Shown piece by piece: positions 10,787 to 20,207 of a stretch of 64,000 nucleotides of DNA (the stretch's first letter is position 1; each line of letters begins with the position of its first letter). Where the stretch lies: NCBI GenBank assembly GCA_964570625.1, contig CAZMYW010000006.1:420-64419 (forward strand), written 5' to 3'. The position numbers were made by a program, and so were the translations under genes. Origin of the DNA: an uncultured Nitrospirota bacterium. GTDB lineage: Bacteria > Nitrospirota > Nitrospiria > 2-01-FULL-66-17. Under the pieces are notes generated by a model. That model was not told the DNA's origin and ran no database searches. It worked only from the letters and a program-made list of their open reading frames with translations.

Positions 10787-10897
10787 AAAAGTCCATCGAC
10801 AGCGTTGCCGCTGCGCATCCGGTGCTCACGTACACATCCAGTACGCTGCGCTCCGGTGCTCGCGGCGCCTTGTCGCTGGAGCTTTTTGAGCGGGCCG

Positions 10898-10931
10898 CAT
10901 TCCCTCAACGAGGGAACTCGTTGAGGGAATG
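10898..10931. terminator. Perfect 15-bp stem / GGAA-loop hairpin between the convergent gspE-like and thiL genes
   Basis: CATTCCCTCAACGAG-GGAA-CTCGTTGAGGGAATG was read directly from the sequence. There is no clear U-tract on either strand. Confidence 0.4.
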
Positions 10932-10938
10932 GATGGCC

Positions 10939-11964
10939 CTAACCAACGTCTCGGAAATGTTCGTATCCTACACGCGGGAGTGAACGCCGTCGTCCTGTCG
11001 CATCGATCACGGCGAGGCCGCGGCGTGCGGGTGTCACACGGCCGATAACTGTCAGCATGGCGTCGTCAGCCACCGCGCGACGGGCCCGATTCAAGCGCCG
11101 AGGCGATACGGTGGCTAGCAGCTCGAAATCCTCGCCCCCGCGCAACGCGTATTCGATTGGGTCGCGCCGGACTGCCGCGGCGTAGGCCCGCAACGCGGGC
11201 GAGAGCGGTAACGCGCCCAGATTAATCTCCACCCCCACCTTGCTCGCTTCGCAGAGCCGACGCACGTCGGCAGCCAGGCCGTCGGACAGGTCGATCGCCG
11301 CGGTGGCCAGGCGGTGCTGCGCGAGACGGGCGCCGACGTTCAGTCTGGGGGTGGGACGCTGGTGACGGTCGATCAACCAACGCGCGTGTGATCGTGAAAG
11401 GCCACGCGGCAATCGTGTGCCGCGACCCAATAAACCCAATCCCGCGACCGAATCACCCAGCGTGCCGGTCACACACAAGAGATCCCCTGGCCGCGCTCCG
11501 GAGCGCATCAGTGCGCGCCCACGTACTACCTCGCCGATGACCGTCACCGCGATCGACCAGCAGGGCGCGGCCGATACGTCTCCCCCTGCTAACACGACAC
11601 CATAGCGCCTGGCGGCACGCCCCAATCCCCGATAAAGCCCCTCCGCATCGCGAACCCGCGCCTGGGTGGGCAGCGACAACGCCACAAAAAATGCGACCGG
11701 CCGTCCTCCCATAGCCGCAATGTCGCTGAGGTTCGCGACCAGCGCTTTTTCCCCCAACCGATCAAACGGCCAAACACGCAGGTCGAAGTCGATTCCTTCC
11801 ACCAACACGTCGGTCGTGACAAGCAACTCGGTCCCGGCCCGCTGCCGGACAACTGCCGCGTCGTCACCAACGCCGACGCGCAAGCGAGGCAAAGTGGTCG
11901 GACAGAGCCTGGCGAGCCGGGCAATCAGCCCAAACTCCCCCAATCGCCCTAGATTATTTTCCAC
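10939..11964 (-). CDS. thiL: Thiamine-monophosphate kinase
   Basis: AIR-synthase-related N- and C-domains are present (GDDAAVV, LLVTTDVLVEGIDFD, ANLSDIAAMGGRP). The start is set at GTG 11964 (VENNLGRLGEF). The longer ORF extending to 12096 would read through the intergenic repeat element. Confidence 0.8.
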   Translation of the reverse strand: MENNLGRLGEFGLIARLARLCPTTLPRLRVGVGDDAAVVRQRAGTELLVTTDVLVEGIDFDLRVWPFDRLGEKALVANLSDIAAMGGRPVAFFVALSLPTQARVRDAEGLYRGLGRAARRYGVVLAGGDVSAAPCWSIAVTVIGEVVRGRALMRSGARPGDLLCVTGTLGDSVAGLGLLGRGTRLPRGLSRSHARWLIDRHQRPTPRLNVGARLAQHRLATAAIDLSDGLAADVRRLCEASKVGVEINLGALPLSPALRAYAAAVRRDPIEYALRGGEDFELLATVSPRRLNRARRAVADDAMLTVIGRVTPARRGLAVIDATGRRRSLPRVGYEHFRDVG

Positions 11965-12001
11965 AGATGTTTTTCCCCAGAGCGCACGCTTCGGCGCTCT
12001 G

Positions 12002-12126
12002 GGAGCCTGTTCAGGAGCGCGCCAGATGCCAGGCGCCGCGAGCACCCGCACCGCAGCGTACTGGGTCGTACGTGAGGAGCGGATGCGCAGCGGCAACGCC
12101 GCAGATGGCCGCTCATGGACAGGCTC
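12002..12126 (+). repeat. Copy 1 of a ~125-bp structured intergenic repeat
   Basis: Near-identical to 19566-19689. It has imperfect terminal inverted repeats (GAGCCTGTTCAGGAGCG ... CGCTCATGGACAGGCTC) and internal hairpins (CGTAC-TGGGT-CGTACG, GCGGC-AAC-GCCGC). It abuts the lon stop codon. Confidence 0.7.
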
Positions 12127-14594
12127 TACGCGTTGATGGGAAGGGAGGAGCGGTTTTGGCGCGGCGATGGCCGCGCCCGCGGCTTCACCATGCGAAACCC
12201 CCGCAACGCAACGGGCAACACGTCGTCCATCGTTTCGGCGAACACAAGCTGTAACCCCTGTTTGACGTGTTTGGGCACGTCTTCGAGGTCTTTCTCGTTG
12301 CGCTTGGGGATGATGACGGTTTTCATGCCCGCCCGCTTGGCAGCCAACAACTTTTCCTTCAGACCCCCGATCGGCAACACCCGTCCGCGCAGCGTCACCT
12401 CACCCGTCATGGCGACCTCATGCCGCACCGGGGTATCGGTGAACACCGAGGCCAAGGCCGTGGCCATCGTAATGCCCGCCGAAGGACCGTCCTTGGGAGT
12501 CGCGCCTGCCGGCACGTGGATGTGGACGTCGAGTTTGCCGAACACGTCGGGCTTGACGCCGATCTCGTGTTGCCGGGACTTGATGTAGCTGAGCGCGGCC
12601 TGCGCCGACTCTTTCATCACGTCGCCCAGGTGGCCGGTCAGGGTGAGCACACCCTTGCCCTTCATGGTGGTGGCCTCGATGTAGATGATGTCGCCGCCTG
12701 ATTCGGTCCACGCCAGGCCGGTGGCCACGCCAAGCTCGTCGTGCTCCTGCTCCGCCTCCGGCACGTGTTTGGGGATGCCGAGATAGGCTTGGAGGTTCTT
12801 GGGCGTGATGATGTACTGCTTGACCTTCCCTTCGGCGATCTTCCGGGCCACCTTGCGGAACACGTTGGCGATCTCGCGCTCCAGGTTCCGCACGCCCGCC
12901 TCGCGCGTGTACTGCGTGATGATTATCCGCAGCGCGGACTCGGTGAGTTCCGCGTGTTTCTCCGAAATGCCGTGCTCCTTGAGCTGCCGCGGAATCAGAT
13001 AGTTCTTGGCGATCCCGACCTTCTCCTCCTCGGTGTACCCCGAGATATCGATCACTTCCATCCGGTCGCGCAGCGGGCCCGGGATAGGATCGAGCAGATT
13101 GGCGGTGGTGATGAACATGACGTTCGAGAGGTCGAACGGCACGCCCAGGTAATGATCGGTGAACGCGTGGTTCTGCTCCGGATCCAGCACTTCCAGCAGG
13201 GCCGCCGCGGGATCGCCGCGGAAGTCCATACCGATCTTGTCCACCTCATCCAGCATGAACACCGGGTTATTGGACCCGCCCTGCTTAATGCCCAGGACGA
13301 TCCGGCCCGGCAACGAACCCACGTACGTACGCCGGTGGCCCCGGATCTCGGCCTCGTCGCGTACCCCGCCCAGCGACATCCGCACGAACTCCCGTCCCAG
13401 CGCCCGGGCGATCGACTTGCCCAACGACGTCTTGCCCACGCCGGGCGGGCCGAGGAAACACAGGATCGGCCCTTTCATCTTTTCTTTTAACTTGCGCACC
13501 GCCAGGAACTCGAGGATCCGCTCCTTGACCTTCTCCAGATCGTAGTGGTCGTCGTTGAGCACCTTTTCCGCGGCCGGGATGTCCAGATTGTCCTTGGTCG
13601 TTTTGCTCCACGGGATCTCGACCATCCATTCCAAATACGTGCGGATCGTGGCGGCCTCGGCCGAGTCCGGGTGCATTTTCTCCAGGCGCTTGAGCTGCTT
13701 GTCGGACTCTTTGAACACCTTCTCGGGCATCTTGGACTGTTTGATGCGCTTGCGAAACTCGTTGATCTCCTCAGCGCGTTCGTCGACGTCGCCCAGTTCC
13801 TTTTGGATGGCTTTGAGCTGCTCGCGCAGGAAATACTCCCGCTGGCTGCGGTCCATCTCCCCCTTGGCTTCGGCCTGGATTTTCTGCTGCATCGACAGCA
13901 GTTCGATCTCCTTGTTCAGGATCTCGTTGACGCGCCGCAGCCGCGCGACCGGGTCCAGGAGTTCCAGGACCTCTTGCGCCAGGTCCACCTTCAGCCCCAG
14001 ATTGGAGGCGATCATGTCGGCCAGGCGGCCGGGTTCATCGAGATTTTCGATGACCACCATGATCTCGGGCAACATCAGCTTGCCGAACCCGATGATCTTT
14101 TCGAGCTGCTCCTTGACGGTTCGCATCAGCGCCTCGATCTCGAGGCTGACCTCCGGCGCCGCGGCATCGGGCAGTTTTTCGGTCTGGACCACGTAGAACG
14201 GCGTCGTCTGGACGTACTCGAGCACGCGCACGCGAGCCATCGCCTGCACCAAAATCTTGATGCGGCCGTCGGGCAACTTGAGCATTCGCATGATCATGCC
14301 CACGGTGCCGACCGAATACAGGTCCTTCGCTTGGGGGTTCTCCACGTCCAGTGCGCGCTGGGCCACCAACAGCACCAAGCGGTTGCCGGCGAGCGCCTCG
14401 TCGATGGCCTTGATCGACATCTCGCGGCCCACGAACAGCGGCAGCACCATGTGCGGAAACACCACCAGATCCCGCACCGGGAGCATCGGCAACTGGCTGG
14501 GGATTTCGACCTGCTGGGTGTCTTGCTCGACCGTCTCTGTCACGCGTTCGGTTCCCCCTTTCCTGGTTTCACCCTTCTTGCACCGGAATTTCAA
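12126..14594 (-). CDS. lon: ATP-dependent Lon protease
   Basis: Lon N-domain ([10 protein letters not shown]), AAA+ Walker A ([15 protein letters not shown]) and the C-terminal Ser-Lys protease domain ([13 protein letters not shown]) are present. The start could instead be Met at 14486 (MLPVRD), which would remove the overlap with hsp20. Confidence 0.9.
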   Translation of the reverse strand: MKFRCKKGETRKGGTERVTETVEQDTQQVEIPSQLPMLPVRDLVVFPHMVLPLFVGREMSIKAIDEALAGNRLVLLVAQRALDVENPQAKDLYSVGTVGMIMRMLKLPDGRIKILVQAMARVRVLEYVQTTPFYVVQTEKLPDAAAPEVSLEIEALMRTVKEQLEKIIGFGKLMLPEIMVVIENLDEPGRLADMIASNLGLKVDLAQEVLELLDPVARLRRVNEILNKEIELLSMQQKIQAEAKGEMDRSQREYFLREQLKAIQKELGDVDERAEEINEFRKRIKQSKMPEKVFKESDKQLKRLEKMHPDSAEAATIRTYLEWMVEIPWSKTTKDNLDIPAAEKVLNDDHYDLEKVKERILEFLAVRKLKEKMKGPILCFLGPPGVGKTSLGKSIARALGREFVRMSLGGVRDEAEIRGHRRTYVGSLPGRIVLGIKQGGSNNPVFMLDEVDKIGMDFRGDPAAALLEVLDPEQNHAFTDHYLGVPFDLSNVMFITTANLLDPIPGPLRDRMEVIDISGYTEEEKVGIAKNYLIPRQLKEHGISEKHAELTESALRIIITQYTREAGVRNLEREIANVFRKVARKIAEGKVKQYIITPKNLQAYLGIPKHVPEAEQEHDELGVATGLAWTESGGDIIYIEATTMKGKGVLTLTGHLGDVMKESAQAALSYIKSRQHEIGVKPDVFGKLDVHIHVPAGATPKDGPSAGITMATALASVFTDTPVRHEVAMTGEVTLRGRVLPIGGLKEKLLAAKRAGMKTVIIPKRNEKDLEDVPKHVKQGLQLVFAETMDDVLPVALRGFRMVKPRARPSPRQNRSSLPINA

Positions 14595-14979
14595 TCGCTT
14601 TCTGCCGTCGGTCCGGAATCTTGGGAAACGTCACGGTAAGCACGCCGCGTTCGTATCGCGCCATCGCCGCGTGGGGATTGATCGGAATCGGCAGATGCAC
14701 CACGCGGTGAAACGCCGTGGAATTGCGCTCGACCCGCAAGTAACACCCCTTCCCCGCGTCGCTGCGCGTCCGACGGCCCTCGATCGTGAGGTTGTTCTGC
14801 GAGACCACGATCTTCAACTCGTGAAGCACGATGCCCGGCAGGTCGACGGTCACCACCAACCCATCCGGCACCTCATAGAGATCGAGCAGCGGTGTACTGG
14901 GCGCTTCCTGCGCGGACAGGAGCGGCGCCACCAACAACCGCTCGCTCGTCATCCGCACCGTAGTTTCCTGTTTGGCCAT
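14569..14979 (-). CDS. Hsp20/alpha-crystallin family small heat-shock protein
   Basis: The alpha-crystallin domain pattern is present ([16 protein letters not shown] ... GVLTVTFPK). It lies directly upstream of lon in the same orientation. Confidence 0.85.
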   Translation of the reverse strand: MAKQETTVRMTSERLLVAPLLSAQEAPSTPLLDLYEVPDGLVVTVDLPGIVLHELKIVVSQNNLTIEGRRTRSDAGKGCYLRVERNSTAFHRVVHLPIPINPHAAMARYERGVLTVTFPKIPDRRQKAIEIPVQEG

Positions 14980-15056
14980 GCCGAGCCTCCTCCACGTCCC
15001 CGGGCTGAAACACGCCAGGGCTGGCGGAGTGTCCCTGGTGCGGGACGCCCGCCGGA

Positions 15057-15932
15057 TTATTTCAACCGCAGTTGCTCCAGATACCGCCGGAACGCCGGAC
15101 CCAACTCGGGGTTCTTCAGTCCGAATTCGACCGTGGCTTTGAGAAACCCCAGCTTATCGCCGGCGTCGTGCCGGTGGCCGTCGAGGATCTTTCCGTACAG
15201 CCGGCCTTGTCGCGCCAACACACGTAAGGCGTCCGTCAACTGGATCTCGCCGTTTCGGCCCGGTTCCGTATGCTCCAGGATCGAGAAAATATCGGGCGTA
15301 AGCACGTAGCGGCCGATCACGGCAAGCGTGGACGGCGCCTGCTCGGGGGCGGGTTTCTCGACCAGATCTTCGATCTGAAACACGCCCGGTTTGATTTCAC
15401 GCCCCTGGATGATGCCGTATTGGCTCACTTCCTCCCGCGAGACCGGCTGCAGGCCGATCGCCGCCACGCCCACCTCCTGATGCATCGCGATCAGTTGCTG
15501 GATGGCGGGCTGAGGATGGTCGATGATATCGTCGCCCAACAGCACCGCGAACGTCTCGTTGCCCACCCCCGGGCCGGCCTGCAGCACGGCGTGCCCCAGC
15601 CCTTTGGCCTCCCGCTGGCGCACGTAGATAAACCGCGCCAGGCCCGTGATGTGCTGGATCTCCTGCAACTGTTTGTGTTTACCCTGGCCCCGCAGCGTGG
15701 ATTCCAGCTCGAACGCCACGTCGAAATGGTCCTCGATCGCGCGTTTGCCGCGGCCGGTGACAATGATGATGTCCTGAATTCCCGCGGCGACCGCCTCTTC
15801 GACCACGTACTGGATGAGCGGCTTGTCCACCAGCGCCAACATCTCCTTGGGAGACGCCTTGGTGGCGGGGAGAAATCGCGTGCCGAGCCCCGCGGCCGGA
15901 ATCACGGCTTTGACGATCGGGGAAGCGTTCAT
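15057..15932 (-). CDS. galU: UTP--glucose-1-phosphate uridylyltransferase
   Basis: The N-terminus KAVIPAAGLGTRFLPATKASPKEML is the GalU signature. Confidence 0.9.
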   Translation of the reverse strand: MNASPIVKAVIPAAGLGTRFLPATKASPKEMLALVDKPLIQYVVEEAVAAGIQDIIIVTGRGKRAIEDHFDVAFELESTLRGQGKHKQLQEIQHITGLARFIYVRQREAKGLGHAVLQAGPGVGNETFAVLLGDDIIDHPQPAIQQLIAMHQEVGVAAIGLQPVSREEVSQYGIIQGREIKPGVFQIEDLVEKPAPEQAPSTLAVIGRYVLTPDIFSILEHTEPGRNGEIQLTDALRVLARQGRLYGKILDGHRHDAGDKLGFLKATVEFGLKNPELGPAFRRYLEQLRLK

Positions 15933-15985
15933 TCGGCGTGATTCTAGGGGTGCATCGGATGAAAGTCAACGAACAGAACAAACGA

Positions 15986-16771
15986 TCAAAATCCCGTCGA
16001 GACTCCCACCATCCCATACCACGCGACACGGTCATCGGGCCCAAACACGTCGGACCCGAGCCCGGCGTCCGCCACGATCCGGTGGCTGATCTGGTGGCGG
16101 ATCCCCATCTCGATGCCCGTGGTGTTCGACTCGGAGGTGTCCGATGATTGCTGCGTGAAGACATCGACGATCAGGGTCTCGCGAAAGCGCATCGGATATC
16201 CCAACGGATAACTCGCGCCGACCGCGGCGTTGTACCGGCCCCGGCGCTCTCCCGCCGCCGCGGAGGCCGCGACGAGATAGTCCGCGTTGACGTGGGTCCG
16301 CATCCGGCCGAACGTGCGGGTCACGATCAACCCGCCGGAGGCGTCCACGCCGGTGTCCCGAAACCCGCTCGTCGCCTCGGCTTCGGCCCGCACCGCGAAC
16401 GCGGGCCATTGCAGCGACTCGCTGTTGAAGTTGTAGAGCACACCCAGCGCCGCCGCGGTCTCGCGATCAGTCGCGGCGACCGACGACCCTTCGAATGCCG
16501 CGTCTCCGCTGATCTCGATCTGGGCGTTATAGCCGATGCCGTACAACACCCCGATTCCGAGACCGTACCCGAAACCATCCCCGCGCCGATCGTGGACCGT
16601 GGCGCCGACGTCCACGCCGATTTCGCCTTTGGGGATCGGATAGGCATCGTCGATCCGCAGCGGCCGCCCCGCTTCCAGGTTGTCGTGATCCAGCGCCAGC
16701 ACCGGCGCGGTCCCCAGCGCCCACGCAGCGCCCCACGCCGCCCATGCCGCCACCCGGACGTCAGTGCGCAT
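15986..16771 (-). CDS. Outer-membrane beta-barrel protein (putative transport-related OMP)
   Basis: The call rests on a signal peptide, alternating amphipathic beta-strand pattern and a C-terminal aromatic residue (...VGVSTGF). The start was taken at Met 16771 (MRTDVRVAAWAAW). Confidence 0.5.
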   Translation of the reverse strand: MRTDVRVAAWAAWGAAWALGTAPVLALDHDNLEAGRPLRIDDAYPIPKGEIGVDVGATVHDRRGDGFGYGLGIGVLYGIGYNAQIEISGDAAFEGSSVAATDRETAAALGVLYNFNSESLQWPAFAVRAEAEATSGFRDTGVDASGGLIVTRTFGRMRTHVNADYLVAASAAAGERRGRYNAAVGASYPLGYPMRFRETLIVDVFTQQSSDTSESNTTGIEMGIRHQISHRIVADAGLGSDVFGPDDRVAWYGMVGVSTGF

Positions 16772-17714
16772 GCGGGGTTTTCGGCGACCGGACGATGAAC
16801 GGGTTCCCGGCATCCGCGCTCGCCAGGTAATACGTCTCCATCAGTCGATAGATTTCGCTGCGCTTGGCTTCCCAGGCGGGCAACGTCTCGCTGGCCAACA
16901 CGTCGCTGACATTGTCGTGCAGCATGTGGAGGTTGTCGAAGATATTCGCGATCTCGGGATGCTGATCCGCGAACGCCGGGCTGAGTTCCCCAGTGAGCGG
17001 CATGAACGTCCACTCGACCGGCGGACGGTCCAGATACCCGCGATAGGTCGCCAAGATCGGTTGCAGACGCTCCCGCTGCCCGGCGTGGTCGGCCCCGGAG
17101 ATCAACGGATCGTACGCCGCGCCCTGCAGATAGTGGTAGGCCCAGATCGTGGCGTTGAACAGCGGAAACCGTTGTCGAAACGCCCGGGAATACGGGAACT
17201 GGTCCAACCGTTGGTGGTCGAGCCGCTGCGCGGTGACCGCGTACGGGCTTGCCTGGTAATACGCCAGCGCCCGGTGAATCGCGGGCGCCTTGTCCGTCAC
17301 CACCTGCGACGCGTAGATGTCGTACGTGGCGCGATGCAGGGCGTGCGCCTCATCGAACATGTTCTGCGCGCGCCACGCCAGACGGATATACGTGGGCGCG
17401 ATCGCCTCTTCGTTGGGGGGCAGCGCGGGGCGCGACGCGATAAACGCCAGGGTTTGCCGCCGCGCCCGTTCTTCGACCGCGGGCACGTCGTTCCCTCCCG
17501 TGCGCAACAACGTCTCGTACAGGTGCGAGTGGCCGAAGTCCACGCCGTTGAACGCGACGTCCAACTCCGGAATGCCCTGGTGCAGGGCGAGGTTCCAGGG
17601 ACCCCGGCCGTGAAATCGTTTGTCGCGAGGCTCCCACTGGGCCGACGCCGGGCCCGGATTCGCCACCACCAGCGCGATGAGGGCCGCGGTCGCCGTCAGA
17701 TATCGCACGAACAT
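16761..17714 (-). CDS. Hypothetical secreted protein
   Basis: A signal peptide (MFVRYLTATAALIALVVANPGPASA) begins at ATG 17714. No family was recognised. Confidence 0.5.
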   Translation of the reverse strand: MFVRYLTATAALIALVVANPGPASAQWEPRDKRFHGRGPWNLALHQGIPELDVAFNGVDFGHSHLYETLLRTGGNDVPAVEERARRQTLAFIASRPALPPNEEAIAPTYIRLAWRAQNMFDEAHALHRATYDIYASQVVTDKAPAIHRALAYYQASPYAVTAQRLDHQRLDQFPYSRAFRQRFPLFNATIWAYHYLQGAAYDPLISGADHAGQRERLQPILATYRGYLDRPPVEWTFMPLTGELSPAFADQHPEIANIFDNLHMLHDNVSDVLASETLPAWEAKRSEIYRLMETYYLASADAGNPFIVRSPKTPHAH

Positions 17715-17793
17715 ACCGCCTCCTCGACCAGCGCAGGGCGCAAGACGTGACGCGTGAGGAACAACCGATAGAAACAACCAGAGGTGAAGGCGG

Positions 17794-18459
17794 TCAAGCA
17801 CGCGGCTGTTGCGGACGCCCCCGCGGGCCAACGACGCGCGGCCGCCTGGATCCGGCGGAACCACCGGATGCCAGCAGTTCTTCGTGGATCCGAGCCACCA
17901 AGCCGCGGATCGCGGTTTTGGGACGTCGGCCGTCGATGACGTAGTCCGCCACCCGCCGTTTGGCGGCCATCGACCACTGGCTCTTGATCCGCGCCAAGGC
18001 CTCGGCACGCGACAGGCCGTCGCGCGCGGCCAAACGGGCCAGTTGCGTACGCTGATCCGCGCTCACCACCACCACCGCGTCCATACGGTGATACGCGCCG
18101 CTCTCGATCAACAGTGCCGCGTCGAACACCACCACCGCATCGGCATCGCGGGCCGAGACCTCGCGCGTCAGCCGGCGTTCGGCCGCAAACACGGACGGAT
18201 GGACGATGGCCTCGAGTTGCCGACGGCGACGCGGGTGCCCGAAGACCAGCGCGCCCAACTTCGCGCGGTCCACCACGCCGCCGGGCGCGACGTCACGGCC
18301 GAATGCGCGCGCCACCGCGCGGGCCCCGGCCGAGCGCGGCGCGAGCGCGGCGCGAGCGAGCCGATCCGCGTCGATCACATACGCTCCCAGGTCGCGAAAC
18401 ATCGCCGCGACCGTGCTTTTGCCGCAGGCGATGCCGCCGGTCAGGCCGACTTTGATCAT
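17794..18459 (-). CDS. coaE: Dephospho-CoA kinase
   Basis: MIKVGLTGGIACGKSTVAAMFRDLGAYVIDADRLAR carries the P-loop and matches the CoaE N-terminus. Confidence 0.85.
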   Translation of the reverse strand: MIKVGLTGGIACGKSTVAAMFRDLGAYVIDADRLARAALAPRSAGARAVARAFGRDVAPGGVVDRAKLGALVFGHPRRRRQLEAIVHPSVFAAERRLTREVSARDADAVVVFDAALLIESGAYHRMDAVVVVSADQRTQLARLAARDGLSRAEALARIKSQWSMAAKRRVADYVIDGRRPKTAIRGLVARIHEELLASGGSAGSRRPRVVGPRGRPQQPRA

Positions 18460-18566
18460 GGAGGCCGCAGTGTAGCACGGATGCGAGAACCCTGGCCGCC
18501 GTTGATCCCGACGTAAGGCCCGGCGTACAATCCCGCACCGCGCATGACCGACCCCCGCTCCATCCC

Positions 18567-19544
18567 GTGACCCCGCGCCGCCGACGCAGCCGACCATCCC
18601 ATCGCTTCGGCCGCACGATCGCGGGGACCGTGTTCGCGATCGGCGCCATCGCGGCCGGGTACGGCGCCTACGTGTACTTCACGCTCCCGGACGTCGCTCC
18701 GCTCAAAACCAAGAACCCCACCACCACCGCGTTTATGGCGCTGCGGGAGCGGGAGTACAAGGAACGCGACGGCCGCGCGCCGCGTAAACACCAGCAATGG
18801 GTGCCGTTCTCTCGCGTGTCCCAGCACCTGGTCGACGCGGTGTTGCTGGCCGAGGACGCGGGGTTCTACTCCCACAACGGGGTGGACTATCACGAGTTAT
18901 GGGAATCCATGAAGATCAACTGGCGCACCAAAAAAATCCGGCGGGGCGCCAGCACGATCACCCAACAGCTCGCGAAAAATCTCTACCTCTCGTCGGAACG
19001 AACCCTGACCAGAAAATTTCGCGAGCTCCTGATCACCAGACGCCTCGAACAGGATCTGAGCAAACGTCGCATTTTGGAACTGTATCTCAACGTAGTGGAG
19101 TGGGGCCCGCACCTCTACGGCGTGGAGCAGGCCGCGCGCACCTACTTCGGCGTGTCGGCCCGGAATCTCACGCCCGCGCAGTCCGCCACACTCGCGGGCA
19201 TGCTCATCAATCCCATCCGGCACACCCCGCTCGCGCCCTCGTCTCGGCTCGCGCGCCGCAAGCGCATCATTCTGGATCGCATGGTGCGATACCAGAAAAT
19301 CACCCAAGAGGAATACCGCATCGCACTCGGCCTGACCCCACCCGAACCCGACCAAGAGCCAATCCCCGTCGTCGAACCCACACCCGTGCCCGAACCAGCC
19401 GACGACGGCCTAGCCGAAGACGAACCCACTCCCGAACCGCCCATCACTCCAGTCCCCCCCATGGAACTGACCGACCCCCCACCCGACCCCGCCCCAGCAC
19501 CCACTCTCGATTCACCCCCGACCGAGAATCCGGGCGGCACTTAG
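18567..19544 (+). CDS. mtgA: Monofunctional biosynthetic peptidoglycan transglycosylase (GT51) with a Pro-rich C-terminal tail
   Basis: GT51 motifs are present (EDAGFYSHNGVD, RGASTITQQLAKNLYL, RKFRELLITRRLE). The C-terminal 70 aa are a low-complexity Pro/Glu-rich region. Confidence 0.85.
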   Translation: MTPRRRRSRPSHRFGRTIAGTVFAIGAIAAGYGAYVYFTLPDVAPLKTKNPTTTAFMALREREYKERDGRAPRKHQQWVPFSRVSQHLVDAVLLAEDAGFYSHNGVDYHELWESMKINWRTKKIRRGASTITQQLAKNLYLSSERTLTRKFRELLITRRLEQDLSKRRILELYLNVVEWGPHLYGVEQAARTYFGVSARNLTPAQSATLAGMLINPIRHTPLAPSSRLARRKRIILDRMVRYQKITQEEYRIALGLTPPEPDQEPIPVVEPTPVPEPADDGLAEDEPTPEPPITPVPPMELTDPPPDPAPAPTLDSPPTENPGGT

Positions 19545-19565
19545 CACTCCCGACTCGTCAGAGTC

Positions 19566-19689
19566 GGAGCCTGTTCAGGAGCGCGCCATTCGCAAGGCGC
19601 CGCGAGAACCGGACCGCAGCGTACTGGGTCGTACGTGAGGACCGAAAGCGCAGCGGCAACGCCGCAGATGGCCGCTCATGGACAGGCTC
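19566..19689 (+). repeat. Copy 2 of the ~125-bp structured intergenic repeat
   Basis: Aligns with 12002-12126 over its full length with a few substitutions. A 7-bp hairpin (CCGACTC...GAGTCGG) precedes it. Confidence 0.7.
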
Positions 19690-19903
19690 CTAGTGCCTGT
19701 GCTAGGATCGCGCCACTTGGGAGGCGCTATGCTCCCCCAACGCTCGATCCGTCACCCACTCATCCCTGCACAACCTGCAGCCACCACCCTGCGCGCGCGG
19801 CGCCGCGCCTCACCCCGTATCGACCCGAGACGATGCGGGGCCTCGATCAATCTCCCCGGACCGCACCCGCGGCCCGAGGCCTGCTCGGAGGGGAGGATGC
19901 CGT

Positions 19904-20203
19904 ATGGGGATGCGGCTCTATATCGGCAATCTGTCGTTCGCGGCGTCTGACGCCGATCTGCGGGAGTTGTTCGCTCAAGTCGGTGAGGTGCAATCCGCCA
20001 AGGTCATCACCGACGTGTATACCGGTCGATCGCGCGGGTTCGGATTCGTGGAAATGGCCACCCGGGATGAAGGGCAACAGGCCATCGAGCAGTTCAACGG
20101 CAAGCCGCTGAAAGGTCGCCCCATTATCGTGAACGAAGCGCGTCCGCCGGCGCGGCGCCACGGCAACGATTCCAGCGCGCCAGGCCCCTCGCCCAGCACC
20201 TGA
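19904..20203 (+). CDS. RRM-type RNA-binding protein
   Basis: RNP-2 (LYIGNLSF) and RNP-1 (RGFGFVEM) motifs are present. Confidence 0.85.
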   Translation: MGMRLYIGNLSFAASDADLRELFAQVGEVQSAKVITDVYTGRSRGFGFVEMATRDEGQQAIEQFNGKPLKGRPIIVNEARPPARRHGNDSSAPGPSPST

Positions 20204-20207
20204 CCCG

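Noticed and set aside
10939-12096. An extended 385-aa thiL ORF starting at 12096.
   Set aside because: The extra N-terminal 44 codons read through the intergenic repeat element (12002-12126). The same peptide recurs in spurious ORFs at 11666-12136 and 19561-19693. The start was placed at GTG 11964 instead.
14980-15056. A possible CIRCE/HAIR heat-shock operator upstream of hsp20-lon.
   Set aside because: Neither TTAGCACTC-N9-GAGTGCTAA nor the HAIR consensus is present. Only a CCAGGG-N12-CCCTGG palindrome was found, which may be the galU terminator or an uncharacterised operator.
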